From Macrostomum lignano (taxonomy: Eukaryota), in assembly GCA_002269645.1 (NCBI GenBank), contig NIVC01003836.1, positions 1-64,000 of the forward strand: 64,000 bases of DNA, read 5' to 3'. The notes under the pieces are model-generated. The model was given only the letters and a program-made list of their open reading frames with translations, searched no databases and was not told the DNA's origin. Below, piece by piece: positions 21,674 through 34,942 of the stretch. Made by a program: the position numbers and the translations under genes. Numbering within the stretch: the stretch's first letter is position 1; every line of letters starts with the position of its first letter.

Positions 21674-24088
21674 ATGAGCTTCAAAGACAGTTTGGAAGAT
21701 TCTAAAGTGGAGCAGCAAGCTGACAGCGAAATTGGGCAGGTGAGAGAGGCTTGTATTTGCTGGAATTGACCTGTTGCTTCACCGGCTTCCTGTGAGATTT
21801 CTGACAATCTGTATCTTTTGGCGTCATGTACTGATCTACTGACATCATGTACTGATCTTCTGACACCCTGTACTGATCTTCTGACACCCTGTACTGCTCT
21901 TCCGACACCCTGTACTGCTCTTCTGACACCCTGTACTGCTCTTCTGACACCCTGTACTGCTCTTCTGACACCCTGTACTGCTCTTCTGACACCCTGTACT
22001 GCTCTTCTGACACCCTGTACTGCTCTTCTGACACCCTATACTGCTCTTCTGACACCCTATACTGCTCTTCTGACACCCTGTACTGCTCTTCTGACACCCT
22101 GTACTGCTCTTCTGACACCCTGTACTGCCGTCGAACCCCCCGAAGGTGCTGCTGCACGGCGTGTCGCTGGCGTCGCTGCGCCTTAACGGTGAGGAGCGGC
22201 TCTGCCTGGCCCAGATCTCCGCCCAGCTGCTCTCCGGCCACACATACAACGACATTCACAACCGACGCGTCGCTCTGGGCATCACCTGCGTCCAGTGCAC
22301 CCCGCGCCAGTTGGACAGCCTGCGCCAGGCCAGCGCCATGCCAGCCAGCGCCAAGCGCTGCGGCACGATCACGCGGCGCGAGGCCGAACGCCTGGTCCGC
22401 TCCTTCCTAGGCGAGCCGGAGCGGCCGCGCCTGCCGCCTGGTTACAAATTCAATGTCGGCCACGCCTGCGGCTGGGGCTGCCGGGGCAGCTTCTGGCCGG
22501 AGCGGTACACCAGCTCCAGGGCCAGGTGGGTGCCATTAAATTTTATTTAAGGGGGCGCCATTTTATTTGAGGGGGCGCCATTTTATTTGATGGGGTGCCA
22601 TTTTATTTGAGGGGGCGCCATTTTATTTGATGGGGTGCCATTTTATTTGAGGGGGCGCCATTTTATTTGAGGGGGCGCCATTTTATATGAGGGGCGCCAT
22701 TCTATTTGACGGGGCGCCATTCTATACGAAGGCGCCATGCTATACGACGGGCGCCATTCTATACGAAGGGTGCCATTTTATCTATGGGGCCCTATTTCAT
22801 TTGAGGGGGCGCCATTTCATTTGGGCGCGCATTTAAGTTTAGGGACGCCATTTTATATGAGGTGCGCCATTCTATCTGAGGGGGCGCCATTCTATCCAAG
22901 GGGCGCTATTCTATACGAGGGGCGCCATTCTATCCAAGGGTCGCCATTCTATACGAGGGGCGCCCTTCTATTTGAGAAAGCGCCATTTTATTTGAGGGGC
23001 GCCATTCTATACGAGTATGAGGGGCGCCATTTCATTTGAGGGGCGCCAGAGCTACAGTGTAATTGGTTACCAAATACCAACTGACTGGGGGTGGCTGGCC
23101 CCCATGGCAACATAAAAGCCAATACTTTAGTAACCAATCACTGCCCTCAGGTGCGTGATGTGCAGCCAGTGCCGGCAGTTCTTCTCCCCGAACAAGTTCA
23201 TCTTCCACTGCCACCGCCCGGAGGACTCCGAGTCGGCCAGAGTGGCCGAGTTCCGCCAGCCGGATGCGGCGAACTTCAACGCCTGGCGAAGGCACCTGGC
23301 GCTGACGGACCCGGAGCCGAGCAGCGAACTGCTGCACAACTGGGAGGACGTCAAGGCGCTGTTCAACGGCGGCTCGCGGCAGAGCACCGCCTCTGGCAAG
23401 GTTGGTCGCATGCCCCACGATTCACAAACACGAGGGGCAACTTCCAAGGCGCAGCAGAGAGTGTTCACGCCTGATGATTAGAAAGTCAGGGCTGCTGTAC
23501 ACCCTGTGTGAGCGTGTGTGCCTGCATGCGCATCAGTGCTCAGGGAGCAGCGGAACTTCATTCACAAGCTCTCCATTGCAAACGATTGCTTCATTTCAGC
23601 CCGGCAGTCCAACAGCGGAGCAGCGGCAGGGATCGACCGCCGCCGCCGCCACCGGCGCCCCAGACAGCAACGACAGCAGCAGCAGCAGCAGCAGCCAGGG
23701 CGGCAGCATCTGCGGTGAGATGGCCGGCAACGGCGCAGCAGTTATCGGCGAAGAGCCGCCGCCGAAGATCTCGCCAGCTGCGGTGGCGTCGCCGCTGATG
23801 TGGGCCCAGCTTCTCATGCGGGCGGGCGCTACTCAGGGGCTGCTGCAGCCGCCCTGGCCGCTTGGACCGACTCCGCCTCCGCCGCCGATGCCGATGCTGA
23901 TGCCGATGTCGATGCCGCTGCCAATGCCGCTGCCCGTCCCGCTGTCGCCGCCCCACCCGGCCATGTACTTTGGCTGCCCGCTGGTCGGCCGGGACAGTCC
24001 GGCCGGACAATCCGGTAATCTCCGTGGTCTGAAGAGGCGCCTTAGCGACCACTCCATCGAGGCCATTATGGGCGGCTCCGGCGTTTGA
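21674..24088 (+). CDS. SKOR: SKI family transcriptional corepressor (SKOR1/2, fussel/CORL), about 394 aa
   Basis: Exons 21674-21739, 22146-22525, 23151-23400 and 23600-24088, with consistent phases. EIGQ|VLLHG..ERLCLAQIS..IHNRRVALGITCVQCTP..CGWGCRGSF.P.RY.SSRAR|CV.C..C..FFSPNKFIFH.H..QPDAANFNAWRRHL..WEDVKALFNGGSR is the SKOR DHD/SAND signature. The start ATG is inferred; a TATA-like tatattaaag lies near 21550. Confidence 0.92.
21825..22128. repeat. 21-bp minisatellite (ctgacaccctgtactgctctt)n in SKOR intron 1
   Basis: Tandem units ending about 17 nt before the acceptor. Confidence 0.93.
22545..23045. repeat. Degenerate minisatellite of about 20 bp (ttttatttgagggggcgcca)n in SKOR intron 2
   Basis: Tandem, progressively diverging units. 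Confidence 0.9.
23465..23535 (+). mobile_element. SINE central-domain fragment in SKOR intron 3
   Basis: gcctgatgattagaaagtcagggctgctgtacaccctgtgtgagcgtgtgtgcctgc. Confidence 0.65.
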
Positions 24089-27000
24089 AATTTCTATTAC
24101 AGTTTTTACGAGTAGTGTCGAACAAAACCAATTTGGTGACTATTTTTATTGATAAAAAATTTTTTTCAATGTCATCGAGTTTCATATCGGCTTCGTAAAT
24201 AAGTACAGGACGCAAAGATTTGCTGTTCTGCACAGCGCCGAATGGGGTTTGGCCATAGACAAAGTTGTTCGAAAAACATACTATGAATACAGTAAATATC
24301 TCGATAAACTTGTTAGCTAGTGCACCTTAGATGAAGCACGCTGCGCTTTCTTCTTTTGCAACTCGAACAGCAACTGAGCAGCCTCAGTTAGTGCAGGAGC
24401 TTGTACCCGGTGCAGCAATTCTCAGGAACCAAGCAGACCGCAAGTACTGCCAAACTGGGACTCGAGCAGACTCATAACAGAACATCATGTGCCAATTGTC
24501 ATGTCCTGCAGCAAGCCTATAGCCTAAATTGATGCTTTATTTGATTACTATTATTGGCCATGTAGGCTTTGCCAAAATATTTGGTTATCTTTAGTTTCCC
24601 TGTGCTTTTTCCTCTTGCATTACTACTTTTATTAGTTCAGTAGCCAATTAGAGATGTTATTTACTAGCTAAATGAGACGAGGAGTGCTGCACTGCTTCGG
24701 TCTGTTCTGCTTTTTTTCCTATTCAAACTTTTAGATTCAAATAAACTCGTGTGAGGCGCCAAGTTGTACCCACTTTACCTTTGGCAACAATTTTCATCAG
24801 GTTGTTCTATATTTTTCTGTCTACCAGTAGTAAGTAGTAAGTAGTATAAGTAACTAGTGCAAAAGACTGCTCATATGAGTGAGCGGCTGTTATAAAAAAT
24901 GACCGTGTAAATAGAATATAATGCACACATAAAAACGCACAGTGCAGGCCAAAGCAATTATTAAAATATACGAAACAAGGACTACTTAAGTATCGTTTAT
25001 AGAAGGACGCTGCACTCGCGGTTCGTGTAATTTTTTTTGAAGGCCAATTTTCGCCGAAAAATACATTAACGAGATACAAAAAATTCACGATTTTCATCTT
25101 CAATGGCTTGCTCAGACTGACTACAACCCTGCTGAAAAGAAAAAACTGCTGAAACTTATCAAAAAGACCTAGTGTATTCGCTCCTCTATTGTATTTCGCC
25201 AAGTTAGTGTCCTTGACACGTTTACTTTTAAATACTTCGTATTTTTTCGAGGGTTTTCAATTCTGTAATGTTAAATGTTAAAGGTTGGATTAAAGTGTTA
25301 GTTTCTCTCAATAATCAGTAGTTTCTTTAGCATTCTATGATGACTGCTTTCTATGTCTTTATTTTTTTGGTAAATTTAAATTAGCTATAGACATTCTATA
25401 TTAAATGTTAGTCTATACCCTGGCTATGCCTGATATATAATAATATCTAGGGCCTACTATGCTTTTTTAGCATGTTCTACAAAAATGTTGTGTAGAAAGG
25501 ACCTACTGATTAGTTTATGAGTAGATCGTTATAAAGTATTATTCTTAATTTGAAGGTAGATAGATATTAGATACTTGCATATTGTATAGAAGGTACTAAT
25601 TTTACTATTCTGTCAAATATCTGTAGATTAGGCTTCTTAAACGGTTCTACTGGATACAAAAGTTCTATTTTCAGACTTGTCTTGAAACTTTATATTTTAT
25701 TTAAATGATAGGCCTAACAACATATTGAATTTATTTCTGCTGTTTGGAGAGCAGTTTTTTAACCTAGTCTAGTTTAATGGAACCAAGATATATTCAATAC
25801 TCAGGCCTTGCATTGAATTTAAAATATAAATATTTATATATAGAAAGTGATTCTAAAGGAAAATGCGTATAATAGACTTTAGAAGACAAATTTTCAACTT
25901 TAGTAATACTATTGAAGTGATTTAGTATAGAATTGATTATATTGGATTTTTGAGAAATCCGTGACATTCTATCAACACACCGAGTTCGTATAAAACTTGA
26001 ACACCCATTGTACACTTAGACACCTCTAATTTAAACAAACGAAGTGGACACTGGAAAATATCGAAATATCCAACCAAAAATGCAATAAGCCAAAATCGGA
26101 GGCAACATAGCTCGTAGAATTGAAGCGAACATTGTTAATTGATTGAGCATGTAATTTGACCCATAGTCCATGGTTGTCCATGTTTTATACAGACCCAATT
26201 CACATTCACGTCATTGAATATGCTTATGCTTTCATAAGTTGGTTTATGCATCTGTTGCTGCTTTCATACGTTGGTTTAAACATTTGTTGCTGCTTTCATA
26301 AGTTGGTTTCTGCATTTTACTGCTGTTGCCTACCCAATAGTTGCCACAGTTTCTATACACTATACACTATACACAGTCTTATATTTGCAGCCTTACATAC
26401 ATATTTGCCTTACTGTAGCTATCAATTGAGATTAAAGTACAATGAGCTGCTGTGCAACAAGCAACCAGTTCAGTTCAACATTTTTTGTTTCCAGTCCAAC
26501 AACGATACATCGATTGTTATCAGCACTGGCATTGTGCCAGTTTCTCTGCTTTTGCTCTTTGTTATTTTATTGTTGAAAAGATCAGGGATGGCTTTTGAAA
26601 AGTACAGACTGACGGGCTTCGTTCTTTGTTAATCTCATCTCATTTTAATTGGATTACATTAGCTCAATTGTCGGAATTATCCTTTAAATATCCTAGCTTT
26701 ATTGTTCTATAATAAAGAAGGGGGTAACAGTACCTTGCTGTACATTTCTCGCGAATACATGTAGTTGCAGCCGAAACTGTTCACTCATCTAAAAGAGGAA
26801 TAAATTCTGAGCAACCCCGTGAAAAAACTAGACCTCTACATGCAACCATTTAAAAATAACAGCATTTTGAAAAATGGCCTTCAAAAAAATCTACACCATT
26901 CGGGAGTGCAGCGTCCTTCTACTTAAGTAGTCCTTGATACGAAATTAATAATCAAGTTTGTTTAAATGAAGTTATCTGAGAGTTACAGGGTCGACGTGTC

Positions 27001-28273
27001 TGCTGATTTGTAGTTCAAAGAAGACAACAGAAAGGCAATTTTCTAGTGGTATTTGTTGCAGGATTACGAGTACTATATGATAACTTGATGGGGGCCACTC
27101 AGCACATTTGCGTGCAAGCTACTGCCAGTTCAGTAGTAAGTTAAATAGAAGCATTTTAATGTATTTTACTTCCGACCGCGTCTTACCCCACCAAACCCCC
27201 GCCCCAGCCCCCAATTTTTATTGCCCTTCCTCGCCTGGTTTTCCAGTCTATGGCTGCTTGCCATGTACATTTTGGTGACGCAGGGCTAATGTACATTAGC
27301 AATAGCAAGAAGCTGCAGTTTACGCCTGCAAGTCACTCCAACTGCCTCATTTTATAAAATAGCTGATAAAATTCTTTCTTACTACTGAACTGAAAGTAGA
27401 GGAACTGTTTTATCAAGCAAATATGCCTAATTGGGCCGAAGTCATCTAGTTGTTTGCCCGAGTAGTTACCTATAAATAGCTATCAAAGTACCTAATAACA
27501 ATTAAACTTGAATATTACACACACTACACAGAATGTGTAACGAGGCGAAAATTAACACGCGAGTTTCGGTTAGCAATTTACAATTGATTGTACGCACAGC
27601 AATCGGCATGAAAGTACAGTCACTGGTTCGAAGAATATCGCAATGTATACATGCACGCTCTTAAAATATTTTCAAGCCAGAGGCGGAGATGTGTACGTTT
27701 ACGGGGTTAAAACAATCACGTGACGTGGCTATCGCAACTGACCCTGCCTCAAACGGGTCAGTCGTGTAGCGATTGTACATTTATCTTTACACTGGAGTAT
27801 ATTACAAAGCTAGGCACGCTGGTACTACTGTAAGTAAGTAGCGGTTTAATAAATGTTTGCCAACAATTAATATAAATAAAAAAATGGAACTGGAACTTCG
27901 AGTATATAAAAATGTAATACAAAATATTTGCTGTAAATGTGCGATGTTGTAAAACAACAACAACAAATGTGCGATAGTGATCTGGTTGAATTACCGTGAA
28001 TATCGCAGAGATTAAGGTTTATTCCAGTTTCTATTCCAATTAACAACTCTATTCTATTATTGGTAAATAAAATAGATGAATAATAATTATATCTGTGCAA
28101 ACTTGGAACAGTCACTTTCGTTGTGAGTGCCATAAATTATCCCAAAAACAGCTTTTGTCACTGCACAAAATAGCTTCGAACTTTGAAATTATTTGACTTG
28201 ATTATTCGAAAACACAGGTACCACAAGTACCATTCTGAGTACTTGTGGTAATGAAAACGATTGAATTGTCTTT

Positions 28274-29358
28274 CAGAGGCGTAACCACGATTTTTTTCAT
28301 GGGGAAGTCGGGTCGCTAGCACCGGGGGGGGGCGGTAGCACCGGGGGGCGCTAGCACCGGGGGGCGCTAGCACCGGGGGGCGCTAGCACCGGGGGCGCTA
28401 GCACCGGGGGGCGCTAGCACCGGGGGCGCTAGCACCGGGGGGCGCTAGCACCGGGGGGCGCTAGCACCGGGGGCGCTAGCACCGGGGGCGCTAGCACCGG
28501 GGGGCGCTAGCACCGGGGGGCGCTAGCACCAGGGGGCGCTAGCACCGGGGGGCGCTAGCACCGGGGGGCGCTAGCACCGGGGGGCGCTAGCACCGGGGGC
28601 GCTAGCACCGGGGGCGCTAGCACTGGGGGGCGCTAGCACCGGGGGCGCTAGCACTGGAGGCGCTAGCACTGGGGGGGCGCTAGCACCGGGGGGCGCTAGC
28701 ACCGGGGGGCGCTAGCACCGGGGGGCGCTAGCACCGGGGGGCGCTAGCACCGGGGGGCGCTAGCACCGGGGGGCGCTAGCACCGGGGGGCGCTAGCACCG
28801 GGGGGCGCTAGCACTGGGGGGCGCTAGCACCGGGGGCGCTAGCACTGGAGGCGCTAGCACTGGGGGGGCGCTAGCACCGGGGGGCGCTAGCACTGGAGGC
28901 GCTAGCACTGGGGGGCGCTAGCACTGGGGGGCGCTAGCACTGGGGGGCGCTAGCACCGGGGGCGCTAGCAACGGAGGCGCTAGCACTGGGGGGCGCTAGC
29001 ACCGGGGGGGGGGCGCTAGCACCGGGGGCGCTAGCACCGGGGCGCTAGCACCGGAGGCGCTAGCACTGGGGGGCGCTAGCACCGGGGGCGCTAGCACTGG
29101 AGGCGCTAGCACTGGGGGGCGCTAGCACCGGGGGCGCTAGCACTGGAGGCGCTAGCACTGGGGGGCGCTAGCACTGGGGGGCGCTAGCACTGGGGGGCGC
29201 TAGCACCGGGGGCGCTAGCAACGGAGGCGCTAGCACTGGGGGCGCTAGCACCGGGGGGGGGCGCTAGCACCGGGGGCGCTAGCACCGGGGCGCTAGCACC
29301 GGAGGCGCTAGCACTGGGGGCGCTAGCACCGGGGGCGCTAGCACCGCCGGCTTCGCCC
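28274..29358. mobile_element. MITE-like element containing a 15-17-bp G-rich array (gctagcaccggggggc)n
   Basis: Array at 28312-29345. Left flank cagaggcgtaacca and right flank ggcttcgccc resemble the termini of 43378-43542 and 48160-48644. TIRs are imperfect and no TSD was found. Confidence 0.55.
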
Positions 29359-29466
29359 AATAGTTCCCTTTGGTATTAAAAAATCGCTTTCAAAACCCTA
29401 ATATTAACAGAACCATTTAGAAAACCCATCAGTAATTGTGCCGGCCTGTATCAACCAGCTGGGACC

Positions 29467-32400
29467 TCAGCCCACAATGTACTGCTTGTAATTGGACAGC
29501 TTCTTCAGCTGCGCCTTGACTGCTCGCACCAGATCGGTGGGCTGCATCACCAGGCTGATCTCCGGCCCGTGCGCGGACAGCCGGTGCGCCACCTCCTTGG
29601 GCTCCGGCCACAGCCTCAGCGGACGGCCGTTGACCTCTGTCAGCGTCCAGGTGGTGAAATTGGCGTCGTCAAGGACGCCCGCGGTTCGATACGCGAGGCC
29701 GTGGGCCGCCGCCAGACCATCCTGGAAGATGCAGTTTTGTTTGATTGGGATTTGAGAAGATTTGTGGATGAGGCTCGCTTCAGGTGTTTTTGACCATTTG
29801 ATAATGGGGGTAGAAGTTTAGGTAAGTGGAAGGAGACTCAGGTAGGTGGAATGAGACTCAGGTAGGTGGAATGAGACTCAGGTAGTGGAATGAGACTCAG
29901 GTAGGTGGAATGAGACTCAGTTAGGTGGAATGAGACTCAGGTAGGTGGAATGAGACTCAGGTAGTGGAATGAGACTCAGGTAGGTGGAATGAGACTCAGG
30001 TAGTGGAATGAGACTCAGTTAGGTGGAATGAGACTCAGGTAGGTGGAATGAGACTCAGGTAGGTGGAATGAGACTCAGGTAGTGGAATGAGACTCAGGTA
30101 GGTGGAATGAGACTCAGTTAGGTGGAATGAGACTCAGGTAGGTGGAATGAGACTCAGGTAGGTGGAATGAGACTCAGGTAGGTGGAATGAGACTCAGGTA
30201 GGTGGAATGAGACTCAGGTAGGTGGAATGAGACTCAGTTAGGTGGAATGAGACTCAGGTAGGTGGAATGAGACTCAGGTAGGTGGAATGAGACTCAGGTA
30301 GGTGGAATGAGACTCAGTTAGGTGGAATGAGACTCAGGTAGGTGGAATGAGACTCAGGTAGGTGGAATGAGACTCAGATAGGTGGAATGAGACTCAGGTA
30401 GGTGGAATGAGACTCAGGTAGGTGGAATGAGACTCAGGTAGGTGGAATGAGACTCAGGTAGGTGGAATGAGACTCAGGTAGTGGAATGAGACTCAGGTAG
30501 GTGGAATGAGACTCAGGTAGTGGAATGAGACTCAGGTAGTGGAATGAGACTCAGGTAGTGGAATGAGACTCAGATAGGTGGAATGAGACTCAGGTAGTGG
30601 AATGAGACTCAGGTAGGTGGAATGAGACTCAGGTAGTGGAATGAGACTCAGGTAGTGGAATGAGACTCAGGTAGGTGGAATGAGACTCAGGTAGTGGAAT
30701 GAGACTCAGGTAGTGGAATGAGACTCAGGTAGTGGAATGAGACTCAGATAGGTAGAATGAGACTCAGTTAGGTGGAATGAGGCTCAGGTAGTGGAATGAG
30801 ACTCAGGTAGGTAGAATGAAGCTCAGGTAGGTGGAATGAGACTCAGGTAGTGGAATGAGACTCAGGTAGGTGGAATGAGACTCAGGTAGGTGGAATGAGA
30901 CTCAGGTAGGTGGAATGAGACTCAGGTAGTGGAATGAGACTCAGGTAGGTAGAATGAAGCTCAGGTAGTGGAATGAGACTCAGGTAGTGGAATGAGACTC
31001 AGGTAGGTGGAATGAGACTCAGGTAGGTGGAATGAGACTCAGGTAGGTGGAATGAGACTCAGGTAGGTAGAATGAGACTCAAGTAGGTGGAAGGGATTCA
31101 AATCCGCCTCACCTGCTGCACGTGGGCCACCTCGGCCGATTGTCCGGTGGTCACCAGGCCGAGAGAGCGGCCGTCTGGCCGGCTCACGCAGAAGGCCTTG
31201 CCATGCGGCAAGCGCCGCAGGCGGAGGGCCACCCGGCCAACGGAGCCCTGCAGGATTCGGCGGCACTGCTCCAGCGACTCCAGCCGGAAGCCGTCCACGC
31301 TCATCACCTGTTGACGGAAGGTGAGCTGGTATTAACCGACCAACCAAGTGAGGAGGAAGGAACCGCCAAGGACCGCTGATATTAAGCGGGTCTACGCTAG
31401 CTGTGCATTCCGCCGCCGGCTCACCTGGTCGCCAACGCGAAGGCAGCCGTGCAGTCGAGTCGCTCGCCGATTCCAGCCAGCGATCCACAGCCTACCAGCG
31501 CAGTGGACGATGGCCACATTGTCGAGTAGGTCGGCAGCGTTGCAGTACACCTGCACGCCACCTGGGTGCAGAATCTGGCGCTTCAACCGTTCGACCGAGG
31601 CGCAGAGCGGACTGAGACGCGGCCCGCCGGGACCCAGGGTGTTCACCACGAACTGGCCGCCCTGGGTCTCCTCGATGCTGATGTCCGCCTGGAGGAAAGG
31701 ATGGCGGGATGAAAACATTTACTAAGAATCATCCAGAGTTCTGTGGTGGACCACAAAATAGCTTGGCAAGTTAAGCACTGAAACGTAGCTATCAACACAA
31801 ATTCTAATTTGAGCAACCCCTAAATTTCACAACCCCTAAAAACGATTTTGTCGACAAACTGATTAATAGTATTTTTACCGAACTACCCTTTTTCCAGCTT
31901 TTCTTATTAAACCAAGTGCTAGAGTCAAGGATTCGAACCGGGCAAATCCAATTCGAATTTGCGCCAAAAAGTGACGTCGTTAAAAAGTCGTTAAACTCAG
32001 AATAGATTTTTTAAATACTACGAGTACACGATGTAATTGTAATTTTTGAAGGTACCAGAAATATGCTTAATGATACATGCTTAATACTAATATGAATCCA
32101 AGAATTTCTCTTTTTGGCGCCAATTCGAATTGGATTAATTTCAGCAAAAACAAAGCCAGATCATGTGCACGCAATCTGTTACCTTTCTATCAAAGAAGCC
32201 GGACACCAGCACCGGCTTAGTCAGGTGCTGATAGGGCGGCGGGTCCGGATTGGGCCGGAACACCCCGACGGCTGACCGAAACCGCCTGGTACGCAGTCGA
32301 GTCAGGGCGTCCCAGTCCTCCAGCTCGCGGTATTTGCTTTCAAGCACGGCGTACGCCTCCGGCTCCATGGCGTCCAGCTCGGCGAACTGAGGATAGGTGT

Positions 32401-34017
32401 ACTCGATGTGAATAATACAATTGCATCGCGCTATTCCATCACGTGACTGCCATCCCACCATTATTAGCCATCCACTCCTTATCTATTCTTATCTTACGTA
32501 GACATTACTTCAACATACAGCTACAACCCAAAATCTACGAAACATTGCCCCCTCGTCACCTCGTCGCCTTTGTCTTTGTCAACCTCCTCGCTGTCCTCGC
32601 CGCCCTCGTAGACGCTGTACACTGTCTGCAGCTGGTCGCGCAGATCCTTGACCCCGGCTTCGCCACGCTCTCGACGCATTCGATCTTCCAGGCGGTGCAA
32701 TTCGCGCAGCACTTCGCCTCCGCGCTGACGTCTTTGCTTTTTGGACTGGCTGAGCAGCCTGCTCCGGTCTGCCGTGTCCTCATCCTCAGCATCAGACTCG
32801 GCCTCCTCCTCTTGAGCCTCAGCCTCCGCCTCCGCCTCCATCCGCTTCAATCCGTCGATATCATCGGAGTCGAAGTCGAACGAATCGCTAGAAATGTTCT
32901 CTTCCGCTGCTGCAGCCTGAGCTCCTTGTCGCTGCACTGCCGCTAGCTTTTCATTGTTGGGGCTGCAATGATTTTTTCACTTTTTTGCTCGGTTGCCTTA
33001 GCTGATTGAAATAAAAAAGTGTAAGACAGTTAAGAATTTCAAAGATTTGATTGCAGTCAGTCAGCTATCTGTAGGTCTCGCAAGGGCGTATTCAGCATGC
33101 CAGTGAAGTGTGAGACAGGACCAGGACCATGGGCTAAGGTCTGCGATGCTCCATGCCTGCCCTCATCTTCAGCAGGTAAAGGCCGGAGGGAGGTCTGCCC
33201 CCTCTATTTGCCTCTGGCAGCCGCAGACCCCCCACGCTGTCTCGCAAGCCGACCCAGGGTCCCCGCGAGTGTTCAAGACAGACCCTAGGGCGCTGGTGAC
33301 CCATCCAAGTGGCTTTTGCCGAACTTGGGTATGCTGGTCTGGCTCGCCAGTCCGCAGGCCGTGGTACTCTCAACGTACCCTTTAATACCTAAGGTGTTCG
33401 ACCGTGCCGATGGGCTGGAAGGCCGGGGAGTAGTCCGGTCGCAAGCGGTCCCCCTCCTGGTGTCGGGCCAGCCTTGGGGGTTCTTTTGGCCTTTTGGCCT
33501 ACTGCCCGGTCAGGTGGAGTGGCCCGGTGAGTACCGCGCTCCTTCGAGGGTAGCCCACCAACCTTCATCTCTAGGGCACTACCCACCTGATGTCCCCGTT
33601 GTCGTACACCTCGCCTTCATCGTCCTCATCATTATCCCCCAAGGTGCCGTAGATGTTCTCCGGCTTGCTCCTGTCGGCCAGCTGGGCCAGATTCCTGGAC
33701 AGACAAGCCACCCAGTCGGCGGCCTCCTGCTGCGATTCGGCGGTGAGGGTCAGCATGCGGTCGGACAGTGCCATCAGGAAGCTGCAGGGATCGTCTACTA
33801 GCGCGGCGACCCGGCTGCAGCCGCGCAGGTCGAACGAGTTGATTGGTGGGTCCGTTCTGGCCGCGGCGGCGTCCTCGTAGTACTCGAGCGAGGGCAGACC
33901 GCCGAACAGCAGGAAGACGAACCAGCGGCGGGTTGGGCGGCGGAGCAGGCTGATGGGGCCGCTGGCCAGGGTCTGCTTCTTCAGGTAGCCAGCTTTGATT
34001 ACTACCTGCTGGTTCAT
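29467..34017 (-). CDS. PH-domain + acidic linker + tandem PDZ-like scaffold protein, about 583 aa
   Basis: Exons 34017-33587, 32962-32560, 32386-32183, 31688-31425, 31307-31113 and 29721-29467, all phases consistent (1752 nt). PH: VIKAGYLKK..RRWFVF..LEYYED..FDLRGC..LTAESQQEAADWVACL. PDZ-like: LRVGDQ|VMSVDG and TLTEVNGRPL. Confidence 0.8.
29830..31090. repeat. 19/20-bp minisatellite (gtaggtggaatgagactcag)n, intronic
   Basis: About 60 tandem units. Confidence 0.96.
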
Positions 34018-34119
34018 CTAGGCCGCAGTGCTTGGTAATGACGGGGTGGTTGTGAGTTGTTAGGCCATGTTGTAGTCAACGCTTTTCTGCTTTTCTTAAT
34101 AATTTCTGCCTTCAAGGTC

Positions 34120-34545
34120 CGACCACAGACTACAGAAACGTATTTCTTTGGCCCCGGCCATAGACTACAGAAACGTATTTCTTTGGCCCCGGCCATAGAC
34201 TACAGAAACGTATTTCTTTGGCCCCGGCCATAGACTACAGAAACACATTTCTTTGGCCCCAGCCATAGACTACAGAAACGTATTTCTTTGATCCGACCAT
34301 AGACTACAGAAACGTATTTCTTTGGCCCCAGCCATAGACTACAGAAACGTATTTCTTTGGCCCCAGCCATAGACTACAGAAACGTATTTCTTTGGCCCCG
34401 GCCATAGACTACAGAAATGTATTTCTTTGGCCCCGGCCATAGACTACAGAAATGTATTTATTTGGCCCCGGCCATAGACTACAGAAATGTATTTATTTGG
34501 CCCTGGCCATAAACTACAGAAACGTATTTATTTGACCTGGGACAA
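34120..34545. repeat. 35-bp minisatellite (ccatagactacagaaacgtatttctttggccccgg)n
   Basis: About 12 tandem units upstream of the PH-PDZ ATG. Confidence 0.93.
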
Positions 34546-34942
34546 TAAAATTCCAAATTTGGATTCTAACAAAGGTTCAGCACTACCGGTCGAATACTAA
34601 CCGTTACCATCGCAACCAGCGGTTGCTATCGAATCACAGTATTCGGGGCCAAAGGCGGTCTTAGGCCTTTATGATACACACGCTTTGACAGAGAGCTTAT
34701 CTGTAGTGCGAATTGTCTCAGCATCTCTGATGCTGTTTTATACTCAACAATGAGAGACAGTGGGTACAGAGATGGTCCATACTATTATTCTCATCTTTTC
34801 TCAGACACGGAGTGAGTGTAGGTTCAGTATGGGTTGAGTCACCGTTGACACACTTCAAGCAAAAAAAAATTGAGTTCATTTTAGAAATGATTTCTCTCAT
34901 AGACGTGCTTTTGCGTATGCAAAATGGGATTAAGCCAAACAA

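Noticed and set aside
26156-26632. 158-aa hydrophobic ORF
   Set aside because: AT-rich with short internal repeats, no splice or motif support; probably a chance ORF.
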